A DNA stretch of 32,000 nt. It comes from Microcystis aeruginosa NIES-843. Lineage in GTDB: Bacteria; Cyanobacteriota; Cyanobacteriia; Cyanobacteriales; Microcystaceae. Position numbers and translations under genes: made by a program. The notes below the pieces were generated by a model. That model searched no databases and had not been told where the DNA came from. It saw nothing but the letters and a program-made list of their open reading frames with translations. This document shows positions 23,905 to 31,589 of the stretch, in pieces; the first letter of the stretch is position 1, and each line of letters opens with the position of its first letter. Where the stretch lies: positions 5,250,001-5,282,000 of the forward strand of contig NC_010296.1 of NCBI RefSeq assembly GCF_000010625.1. The letters run 5' to 3'.

Positions 23905-24360
23905 ATGGAAGAAGCGGACACCAGAGATATCTTAGGGGAAAATGTGGCTAAGTTGGGACTGGCCCAGATCCAGCGTCATCTATTTCTCTGCTGCGATCAG
24001 ACTAAGCCAAAATGTTGTGACAAGGAAGAAGGGTTAGAAGTATGGGATTATTTAAAGAAGCGGTTAAGTGAATTACAACTCGATCGCCCTAGCGCCGACC
24101 GTCCTGGCTGTATTTTTCGCACTAAAGCCAACTGTTTGCGGGTTTGTAGCCAGGGTCCGATTTTATTAGTGTACCCGGAAGGGGTCTGGTATGGAAGGGT
24201 AAACAAGGAAGCGATCGAAAGAATTATCCAAGAACACCTAATCGGTAATCAAATCGTCACCGAATATGCTTTTCTTCGCCACGATTTACCGGCAATTTCT
24301 CTGAACTGTCCAGAAGAAGAACCCGAAACAATAGAGGAAAACAGGGTTAAAACTAGCTGA
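23905..24360 (+). CDS. Thioredoxin-like [2Fe-2S] ferredoxin-domain protein
   Basis: Cys clusters LFLCCDQTKPKCC and CLRVCSQGPILLVYPEGVWYG are typical of this family. Confidence 0.75.
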   Translation: MEEADTRDILGENVAKLGLAQIQRHLFLCCDQTKPKCCDKEEGLEVWDYLKKRLSELQLDRPSADRPGCIFRTKANCLRVCSQGPILLVYPEGVWYGRVNKEAIERIIQEHLIGNQIVTEYAFLRHDLPAISLNCPEEEPETIEENRVKTS

Positions 24361-24372
24361 AACACAATTAAT

Positions 24373-24591
24373 TAGGGTTTGCGGCAAAAAGTTTTTCGTG
24401 GGGGCAGGGTGTGGGGTGTGGGGTGTGGGGTGTAGGGTTTTACCGATTTTGAGGGAGTCAATTACCTAATTTTTAGGGAAAAAGTCTCAGAATTTTCCCC
24501 CCAATCACTCCAATGGTCGGCACTTTTTGAGAGAAAAAAAGTCTAAAAACCTTGTTGGATAAGGTTTTTAGATTTATTCAGGAAACCCTAA
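24373..24591. mobile_element. MITE-like dispersed repeat, copy B (~219 bp), same family as 661-858
   Basis: Same TAGGGTTT...AACCCTAA termini. Carries three extra GGGGTGT heptamers (24413-24433) and a perfect 11-bp-stem hairpin at 24543-24571. Confidence 0.75.
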
Positions 24592-24664
24592 CTACCTGTT
24601 GCCTCTTGCCTGTCGATCCTTTGTCCGTCTCCATTCCCCCAACCCTGTAGCCCAGAAAATAGCG

Positions 24665-25345
24665 ATGAAAGAGACCAACAAAGACAATAAACAACTTTTA
24701 TTAATCGACGATGACCCGAATTTAATACTTTTGGTGAAGGATTATCTAGAGTTTCGTGGTTATAGGGTGACAACCGCAGAAAACGGTCCCGAAGCCCTAG
24801 AAATCCTCGAACGCGGGGCAAATACTGCCAAAGCAGCAGAAATCCCCGATATGATTATCTGTGATCTGATCATGCCAGAAATGGACGGTCATGCTTTCCT
24901 CGAAAAAATTCGTCAGGACAGTCGTTTTAGTTGCATTCCCGTGATCTTTCTCTCCCCTAAAGGTCAAAGTCAGGACAAGATAACAGGTTTAATCACCGGG
25001 GCCGATGTCTATATGGTCAAACCCTTTGAACCGGAAGAATTAGTGGCCCGGGTGGAGTCTTCCCTTAAACAAGCGGGCCGGTTGCTGAAACGCAGCACCC
25101 GCATCCATTCCCCGGATGTCACCCCTGTTCAAGTCCAGGGTAATGTGGAATTAACCCCAACGGAATTAAAAGTAGTACAATTGGTCGCCCAGGGACTGGC
25201 TAATCGGGAAATCGCCGCAAAACTCAATGTTAGTCAACGGACAATCGAAAGCCATGTGTCGAATATGCTTCATAAAACCGGTCTTCATAATCGCACGGAA
25301 TTGAGCCAGTGGGCGATCGAAAGTAATAAGCTGTTGACTATCTAG
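24665..25345 (+). CDS. NarL/LuxR-family two-component response regulator (receiver plus LuxR HTH), no adjacent histidine kinase
   Basis: LLLIDDD acidic pocket, phospho-acceptor context MIICDLIMPEMDG, VYMVKPF. C-terminal LTPTELKVVQLVAQGLANREIAAKLNVSQRTIESHVSNM. The ATG at 24665 is preferred; the TTG at 24599 lies next to the MITE. Confidence 0.9.
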   Translation: MKETNKDNKQLLLIDDDPNLILLVKDYLEFRGYRVTTAENGPEALEILERGANTAKAAEIPDMIICDLIMPEMDGHAFLEKIRQDSRFSCIPVIFLSPKGQSQDKITGLITGADVYMVKPFEPEELVARVESSLKQAGRLLKRSTRIHSPDVTPVQVQGNVELTPTELKVVQLVAQGLANREIAAKLNVSQRTIESHVSNMLHKTGLHNRTELSQWAIESNKLLTI

Positions 25346-25407
25346 AGCTTGCTGAAAAACTTTTTTAGCATACCCTCAATAGTCAACAGCTTATCAGGGG
25401 TTAGGTC

Positions 25408-25433
25408 AGGTGATTGTCAACTCACCTTTTTTT
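25408..25433 (+). terminator. Candidate rho-independent terminator of the response regulator gene
   Basis: Hairpin AGGTGA-TTGTCAAC-TCACCT followed by six further T residues. About 60 nt downstream of the stop. Confidence 0.55.
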
Positions 25434-25437
25434 GGCA

Positions 25438-25842
25438 TTAAAAATCCCTGAGATTGTCCTGGGCTGCTAGTTGCGATCGCTCTTTTTCCATGGACAATTC
25501 CGTTTCCAATTCTTGGCTGAGGAAATAGTTGAGGAAAGTTCGGATAATAGCGATGAGGGCGAGTTGTGCCAAGGCTTCTATAGTAGGTGTGACGGTAGTA
25601 GCCACGATGTCTCCACCTAACTGAAACTCTAGGGCTAAAGATAGCCAAGTACCGAAACGAATGCGAATTTGATTGAAGGAAAAAGGGGGAAGACTGCGAC
25701 GGTGACGATTAGACTGCCAAGCTAATTGTAGGGTTTTAATTAATCCGATCACCACACAAGCGATCGAAATACTTTCTAGGCAAAACTTGATGATTGCCAC
25801 GGCAGAGATCAAGCCTGTTTCTAAAGTTGCTAAAAATTCCAT
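25438..25842 (-). CDS. DUF1622-family membrane protein
   Basis: LALEFQLGGDIVATTV...IAIIRTFLNYFL resembles DUF1622. The ATG at 25842 (MEFLATLETG) is preferred over the TTG at 25875. Confidence 0.65.
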   Translation of the reverse strand: MEFLATLETGLISAVAIIKFCLESISIACVVIGLIKTLQLAWQSNRHRRSLPPFSFNQIRIRFGTWLSLALEFQLGGDIVATTVTPTIEALAQLALIAIIRTFLNYFLSQELETELSMEKERSQLAAQDNLRDF

Positions 25843-25906
25843 ACCCAACAGATACCCTCTTATCCGATCAACCAACCTACCATCTAAGGAAGTTTGTCCA
25901 ATGGCA

Positions 25907-25935
25907 GTTAGAACAGGTTTCTCGCCTGTTCTAAC
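25907..25935 (-). terminator. Stem-loop 11 nt downstream of clpP (possible terminator or RNA-stabilising hairpin; no U-tract)
   Basis: Perfect 11-bp arms GTTAGAACAGG / CCTGTTCTAAC with a 7-nt loop. Confidence 0.35.
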
Positions 25936-25946
25936 CTCTGACTGAC

Positions 25947-26546
25947 TTAAGCCGGTCTTCCCTCCACCACCTTATCAATTAAACCGTAGGCGACAGCTTC
26001 CTCGGCGGAGAGGAAATAATCGCGGTCCGTGTCTTTTTCGATGCGTTCGATGGTTTGTCCGGTGCGATTAGCCATAATTTCGTTTAATTGCTGGCGAATA
26101 CGCAGGATTTCCTTAGCTTCAATGTCGATATCCGTCGCTTGCCGGCGCCCGGTTCCGCCCATGGGTTGGTGAATCATAATCCGCGCATGGGGAAGGGCGA
26201 GACGCTTACCCGGACTACCGGAAGCCAGTAAAAATGCCCCCATAGAGGCCGCTAATCCCACACAGATAGTCACCACTTCCGCTTTGATGTACTGCATGGT
26301 GTCGTAGATGGCCATACCGGCGGTAACGGAACCCCCCGGCGAGTTGATATAGAGATAGATGGGTTTAGTGGGGTCTTCCGAGTCGAGATAAAGCATTTGG
26401 GCCACAAGGGCATTGGCTAACCCGTCGGTGACTTCCTGCCCCAAAAAAAGAATGCGTTCCACCGAAAGACGGCTGTAAATGCTAATCCACTGTTCGTATT
26501 GGCTACCAGGCAGACGGTAGGGAACTTTTGGCACACCGATAGGCAT
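25947..26546 (-). CDS. clpP: ATP-dependent Clp protease proteolytic subunit (ClpP3-type, partner of ClpR)
   Basis: [15 protein letters not shown]-terminus, catalytic Ser context [11 protein letters not shown], His in IMIHQP. Immediately downstream of clpR. The track start at 26558 is TTG. Confidence 0.95.
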   Translation of the reverse strand: MPIGVPKVPYRLPGSQYEQWISIYSRLSVERILFLGQEVTDGLANALVAQMLYLDSEDPTKPIYLYINSPGGSVTAGMAIYDTMQYIKAEVVTICVGLAASMGAFLLASGSPGKRLALPHARIMIHQPMGGTGRRQATDIDIEAKEILRIRQQLNEIMANRTGQTIERIEKDTDRDYFLSAEEAVAYGLIDKVVEGRPA

Positions 26547-26581
26547 AATTGGTAACAACTCCTGCTAATTTGTAATAAATC

Positions 26582-27268
26582 TTAACTAACTTGGGCGAGG
26601 GGTTTCGGTAGTTCCTTGCGACTTTCGAGAACGCGATCGATTAATCCGTAGTCTTTCGCCTGTTGTGGGGTGAGATAGAAGGTGCGATCCATATCTTTCG
26701 CCAGTTTTTCGGTGGTTTGACCCGTATTTTTCGAGAAAATTTCCAACATCGTCTGTTTGTTGGCGATTACTTCTTTGGCGCGAATCTGGATATCGGTGGC
26801 TTGTCCTTGCGCCCCAGTGCGATTTTGGTTGAGAACAATGGTAGCGTGGGGTAAGGAGGCGCGAAAACCCTTGGTTCCTGCGGAAAGAATCATCGCTGCA
26901 GTTCCCATGGCCTGTCCGATACAGATAGTATGAACGGGAGGTTTAATGTAGTTGAGGGTGTCACAGATGGCGAAAGCTTCGGTTTCGTAGCCGATCGCGT
27001 CCCCCGTGTACCAGGATGTGCCGGTAGAGTTGATATAGAAGAAAATCGGTTTTTCGGGATCGTCAAATTGCAGGTAGAGCAGTTGAGCGATAATTAATTC
27101 CGTCACGTCCACCCCGACATTGCGCTTGACATCATCGGAGGAAAATAAGGGCAACCCCAGATAGACAATTCTCTCTTTGAGCAGGAGAGATTCTAAGTCC
27201 GGTGGTGGTGTCCGATAGGCTGCATCCCCATAATAGGCAGTTTGTACCGCTTTAATCACTGAGTTCAT
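26582..27268 (-). CDS. clpR: ClpR, a ClpP-like non-catalytic subunit
   Basis: ClpP fold, but the catalytic Ser position reads GQAMGTAAMIL (no Ser). The clpR-clpP3 gene order is typical of cyanobacteria. Confidence 0.9.
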   Translation of the reverse strand: MNSVIKAVQTAYYGDAAYRTPPPDLESLLLKERIVYLGLPLFSSDDVKRNVGVDVTELIIAQLLYLQFDDPEKPIFFYINSTGTSWYTGDAIGYETEAFAICDTLNYIKPPVHTICIGQAMGTAAMILSAGTKGFRASLPHATIVLNQNRTGAQGQATDIQIRAKEVIANKQTMLEIFSKNTGQTTEKLAKDMDRTFYLTPQQAKDYGLIDRVLESRKELPKPLAQVS

Positions 27269-27435
27269 CGAGTTTTTCCGTCATACACAGTATCCTGCTT
27301 TTGATTTTAACGTAATCGGGTTGACCGATTGCGTGGGGGTATTTTTAGCTAGGTTCGTCCCCAAGAATCTCTCATCGACTGCTAGAAAATTGACATCTCC
27401 CCGTTCTCAAGAGATGGGAATTCTCATCGGTGATC

Positions 27436-27540
27436 CTAAATCTGGTTATTAAAAACTGATTATTTATTCCCCCTTTTGCCTATTCCCTGTTGCACGAGTG
27501 CCTGTCCTTATAAGTAGCCTATAATCAACGGATTTTGTAT
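27436..27540 (+). mobile_element. ~100-bp MITE-like repeat, left copy (CTAAATC...CAACGGATTTTGTAT)
   Basis: About 90% identical by hand alignment (9 mismatches, one 7-nt indel) to the reverse complement of 30683-30780. Its own short terminal inverted repeats are CTAAATCC.GTT / AAC.GGATTTAG. Confidence 0.8.
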
Positions 27541-27946
27541 GACTAGAAGCGGGTTGAAACTGGACTTCTACTCGATTACGATATATTTTAGAAAGCCTGA
27601 CTAACTTATATTGTTGAGGCATCGTCAAAGATACTCTATCCACCTTATCTAGAGAAACCGCCGGAACGGGCAACACCAGAACAAATGTCAAATCCTGTCA
27701 TCAGCTGCCCGCGCATTTAAATTGCTTGTTCAGATGAGGCACTCTTGCACTCTTGCAACAGTAAAAGGATTGAGGGAGATGTAGCTCATCTAAGGATAGG
27801 CGGTTAAGATGCGTCTTAGCTTACCCAACTTCACGGCGGGTTAATGGTAAGTGTTCAAAGTTAATCGGTCTGATTTTCCCCTGAGTAAGGAAGATTTATC
27901 GAAACTAAGTAGCTGGTTATAATTAAATTAAAAATGGATTTTAAGT

Positions 27947-28036
27947 TCGATCCCCCCTTAATCCCCCCTTGATAAGGGGGGTGCCGATCCCCCCTTAGTC
28001 CCCCCTTTAATCCCCCCTTGATAAGGGGGGTGTCTG
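27947..28036 (+). repeat. Two tandem ~45-bp C/G-run units, each with a CCCCCCTTGATAAGGGGGG hairpin
   Basis: Hairpins at 27963-27981 and 28012-28030. Related CCCCCCTTAAAAAGGGGGG at 5471-5489. Ends 45 nt upstream of the 744-aa ORF. Confidence 0.85.
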
Positions 28037-28080
28037 ATAATTTTTAACGCCTACCTACTTATCACAAACAGTGCTAACCC

Positions 28081-30315
28081 ATGAATCATATTTTTTCTGC
28101 TATTGATTTTCAGGCAATTAAAAATAACCCTAACTTTAAGGAAGACAGCGTTAGAGAAGTGATTATTTTGCCTCTTTTAACAAGTTTGGGCTACCAAGAG
28201 AATAATATCGAAAGAAGTAAAACCCTACGGCATCCCTTTTTAAAGGTTGGCAGTAAAAAACGTCCGATAAATTTAATTCCTGACTATGTTCTCAAAGTTA
28301 ATCAAAGTTATGCTTGGGTATTAGAGGCTAAAAAACCAACGGAAAATATCTACGAAGGTGATTCAGTAGAACAGGTCTATAGTTATGCGAGTCATCCTGA
28401 AATCAGAAGTAATTATTTTGCTCTTTGTAATGGCCTAGAATTTAGTTTATTTAAGACCCTCGATACCAGTACACCTATCTTATATTTTTCTCTTGATGCA
28501 ATTGCCGATAGTTGGCAAGAGTTGACCCAGTATTTAGCGCCAGATAGATTTCAAGTGGGGAAAAGTTTTACCTATCAAAACCATTCCCCAATCAGTCGCA
28601 AAACTTTTGACTACTCAAGTCGTCCCTTATTAGAACCAATTGAGGTAAAAAAACAACAAGCTAAAAGACATTTTGGTGTCCATGGATATTTTACTAAACA
28701 AGCATGGAATGTGGTGGCAGAATATATTAAAAACTTTAGTCAACCGGGAGATGTCATTCTTGATCCTTTTGGCGGTAGTGGAGTGACGGCAATTGAAGCT
28801 TTAATGAATAACCGCAAAGCGATTAGTATTGATATTAACCCTCTGGCTATTTTTCTTGTTAATTCTTTAATTAGTCCCGTTGATTTTGATGATTTAAGTC
28901 AAGCTTTTGAACGAGTTAAATTAGCCTACCAAGAGCGAGAACCGCAAACCAAAGAAGCAATAACAAAGGCACTCAATACCTATCCCTATCCCCAAGGCTT
29001 GAAACTGCCTAAAGGTTCTGATGTAGCTACTGTTGAACAGTTATTTAGTAACAAACAATTAGCTCGACTAAGTTTATTAAAACATTTGATTAAACAAGAA
29101 CTAAACGAGAATATTAGGGAGTCTTTATTGTTAATGTTTTCTGGCTTATTAACTAAAGCTAATTTAACTTATCATAACAATAATCAAAGACCTGCATCTG
29201 GACAAGGAAATGCTTCAGCTTTTCAATATTACCGTTATCGCATAGCACCTAATCCTAAAGATATTGATTTAATTACCTATTTTGAATTGAGATTTAAAAA
29301 GATAGTTGCTGCTAAAAAGGAGATGACGTATTTTATTAATAAAAATACCATCAACTATGCCAAAATTGTTAAAGGAACAGCGACAGACTTAAGTTTTATT
29401 GAAAATGAAAGCGTTGATTATATTTATACCGATCCTCCCTACGGAAAGAAAATTCCCTACTTAGATTTATCAATAATGTGGAATGCTTGGTTAGATTTAG
29501 AAGTGACGGAAAAGGACTATCAATTAGAAGCTATTGAAGGTGGAACAATCCAAAAAAGTAAACAGGAATATAATCAATTAATTGCCCAAAGTATTCGAGA
29601 AATGTATCGAGTTTTGAAATTTGAGCGATGGTTATCCTTTGTCTTTGCTCACAAAGATCCTGAGTTTTGGCATTTAATTTTAGATACCGCAGAAAGTTGC
29701 GGATTTGAATATGTGGGAGCAGTGCCACAAAAAAATGGCCAAACTAGCTTTAAAAAGCGGCAAAATCCCTTTACAGTTTTATCAGGACAGTTAATTATTA
29801 ATTTTCGGAAAGTTCCTACTCCCAAAGCAGTAATGAAAGCTAACTTAGGCATGGATATAACCGAGATTGTCATGCAAACTGTTGAAGGAATTATTGCTAA
29901 AAATGATGGGGCAACCCTAGAACAAATTAACGATGAATTGATTATTAAAGGTTTGGAATTAGGGTTTTTAGATTTACTAGCAAAGGAGTATTCAGACTTG
30001 ACTCCAATTTTGTTAGATAATTTTGATTATGAGGAAAAAACTGAATTATATACCATCAAAAAAGACAGTAAGTTTAAGTCAAAAATCGATGTTAAATTGA
30101 GAATTAAATACTATTTGATTAGCTATTTGAGAAGGATGGAAAGAGATAATAAAAGCTCTAGTTTCGATGATATTGTTTTTAATATATTACCTCTGTTAAA
30201 AAATGGCACAACTCCCGAAAATCAGACGATTCTAAGCGTCCTCGAAGATATTGCCCAGAGAGTTGGTGATGATAACTGGCGCTTAAAACAAGAAGGACAA
30301 TTGAGTTTATTTTAA
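28081..30315 (+). CDS. Single-polypeptide fusion: HsdR-N-like PD-(D/E)XK nuclease domain, DNA N6A/N4C methyltransferase (motif I before DPPY) and a C-terminal domain of unknown function; candidate type IIG-like R-M enzyme
   Basis: Nuclease motif IPDYVL...WVLEAKKP (D68, E82, K84). AdoMet motif GDVILDPFGGSGVTAIEA (aa ~223-240) followed by SIDINP. Catalytic motif DYIYTDPPYG (aa 446-455). AT-rich by eye relative to its neighbours. Confidence 0.75.
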   Translation: MNHIFSAIDFQAIKNNPNFKEDSVREVIILPLLTSLGYQENNIERSKTLRHPFLKVGSKKRPINLIPDYVLKVNQSYAWVLEAKKPTENIYEGDSVEQVYSYASHPEIRSNYFALCNGLEFSLFKTLDTSTPILYFSLDAIADSWQELTQYLAPDRFQVGKSFTYQNHSPISRKTFDYSSRPLLEPIEVKKQQAKRHFGVHGYFTKQAWNVVAEYIKNFSQPGDVILDPFGGSGVTAIEALMNNRKAISIDINPLAIFLVNSLISPVDFDDLSQAFERVKLAYQEREPQTKEAITKALNTYPYPQGLKLPKGSDVATVEQLFSNKQLARLSLLKHLIKQELNENIRESLLLMFSGLLTKANLTYHNNNQRPASGQGNASAFQYYRYRIAPNPKDIDLITYFELRFKKIVAAKKEMTYFINKNTINYAKIVKGTATDLSFIENESVDYIYTDPPYGKKIPYLDLSIMWNAWLDLEVTEKDYQLEAIEGGTIQKSKQEYNQLIAQSIREMYRVLKFERWLSFVFAHKDPEFWHLILDTAESCGFEYVGAVPQKNGQTSFKKRQNPFTVLSGQLIINFRKVPTPKAVMKANLGMDITEIVMQTVEGIIAKNDGATLEQINDELIIKGLELGFLDLLAKEYSDLTPILLDNFDYEEKTELYTIKKDSKFKSKIDVKLRIKYYLISYLRRMERDNKSSSFDDIVFNILPLLKNGTTPENQTILSVLEDIAQRVGDDNWRLKQEGQLSLF

Positions 30316-30682
30316 ATCCAGTGGCAGCACACTTTGTTCTTTTTGTCAAAAAAACTTTCTTTTTGCAACAAAACTACACAATTAATTGATCAACGGGTTG
30401 GCTTAAAAAAGGCTCTTTAACTGCCAGTTGTTGCTGTTGCTGAATAGGTGAGTGTAGATTTAGCAAGGGTTTTCAGGATCACCAGACAGCTAAAAAACCA
30501 AAAAAGCACAGAACGTCCCATCATTTCATACTGCGAAATTATACCATAATCGCTGGAAGTATTGCAACCTCGTAAACAAATGAGAATTATTTTCAATAAA
30601 TTCTTAAGAAAAGATAAATATTGCGAAGTGTAAATTTTAATATGCTCAACTATTAAAGCTTGTTTGATATAAAAAACTTATA

Positions 30683-30780
30683 ATACTAAATCCGTTGAGT
30701 ATAGGCTACATATCAGGACAGGCACTCATGCAAGAGGCAAAAGAGGGAATAAATAATCAGTTTTTAATAACTGGATTTAG
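30683..30780 (-). mobile_element. ~100-bp MITE-like repeat, right copy, inverted relative to 27436-27540
   Basis: Its reverse complement aligns with 27436-27540 end to end. Confidence 0.8.
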
Positions 30781-30805
30781 TATAAGTAGGGAGGCACAAT
30801 TATTT

Positions 30806-30870
30806 GTAGGATGGGTTAGCGGTAGCGTAACCCATGCGGGCGTTGGGTTTCATGCTTCAACCCAACCTAC
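30806..30870. mobile_element. 65-bp palindromic MITE-like element (GTAGGATGGGTT...AACCCAACCTAC)
   Basis: 12-bp terminal inverted repeats (11 of 12 match). Two internal GGGTT/AACCC hairpins. Related to the 5243-5269 and 5298-5362 repeats. Confidence 0.7.
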
Positions 30871-30939
30871 TGATCACTGATTACTGATAACTGATCACTG
30901 ATTACTGATGACTGATTACTGATGACTGATTACTGATGA
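30870..30939 (+). repeat. Heptamer tandem repeat CTGATNA x10
   Basis: Ten contiguous units. Only position 6 varies (C,T,A,C,T,G,T,G,T,G). Same unit and orientation as 22958-23020. Lies just 3' of adk. Confidence 0.95.
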
Positions 30940-30952
30940 TCTGAGAGAAACT

Positions 30953-31519
30953 TTAAACAGGAGTCACAACTGCTGTTAGAGCGGCAGTAACCGCGTCCAT
31001 CGGTTGATTACCGTCGATATGGTTAAGAGTGCCTTTTTGACCGTAATAATCTAAAACGGGGGCAGTTTGGTCGATATAAACCTGTAGGCGACGGGAGATC
31101 GTTTCTTTAGTATCATCTTGACGACCCCGTTGCATGAGACGCTCAATTAAGACCGTATCTGGTACAGCCAAATTGACCACAAATGTGTAACTATCGGCCA
31201 ATTCTTCCAGTAATGCGTCTAAAAAGCTCGCCTGTGCCACCGTGCGGGGAAACCCATCAAGAATCCAACCCTTAGCACTGTCAGGCTGTTTTAAACGTTC
31301 CTGAATTAAACCTAATAACAACTCATCGGGGACTAATTCGCCCTTTTCCACATAAGCTTGTGCTTGTTGACCAAGTTCTGTCTTCTCTGTAATTGCTTGA
31401 CGTAAAATTTCACCGGTAGAAATATGGGGAATCGTCAGAGATTCCGCTAATTTTGCCGCTTGAGTACCTTTTCCCGATCCGGGCGGTCCCAAAAATATCA
31501 CACCGATCCGTTTGCTCAT
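30953..31519 (-). CDS. adk: Adenylate kinase
   Basis: P-loop GPPGSGKGTQ, the short-lid type. Located downstream of secY as in the spc-type ribosomal cluster. Confidence 0.95.
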   Translation of the reverse strand: MSKRIGVIFLGPPGSGKGTQAAKLAESLTIPHISTGEILRQAITEKTELGQQAQAYVEKGELVPDELLLGLIQERLKQPDSAKGWILDGFPRTVAQASFLDALLEELADSYTFVVNLAVPDTVLIERLMQRGRQDDTKETISRRLQVYIDQTAPVLDYYGQKGTLNHIDGNQPMDAVTAALTAVVTPV

Positions 31520-31589
31520 GGATTAAATATAGGGTTTTAAGGGTAAAAATAACCAGTAACCGGTAAAAGGTCACTGGTTAACTATCTAA

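Noticed and set aside
27464-27691. 75-aa minus-strand ORF upstream of the fusion gene
   Set aside because: Its 3' third is made of the MITE at 27436-27540. It has no recognisable motif or start context, so it is most likely non-coding.
27739-27762. GCACTCTTGCACTCTTGCAACA, resembling the IS terminal repeat (AGA.CTCTTGCA.A)
   Set aside because: Only ~10 nt are similar and no second end or transposase remnant is nearby. This could easily be chance in AT-rich DNA.
27770-27860. tRNA-like fragments (GTAGCTCA..., GGCGGGTTAATGG resembling D- and T-arm sequences), possibly an integration-site relic
   Set aside because: I could not fold a cloverleaf. The D-stem complement is missing, the only central hairpin (TAAGA-TGCG-TCTTA) has a 4-nt loop, and no acceptor pairing exists. 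The evidence is too weak to call even a tRNA pseudogene.
30695-30880. 61-aa plus-strand ORF
   Set aside because: It is composed entirely of the right MITE copy plus the 65-bp palindromic element, and is a by-product of the repeats.
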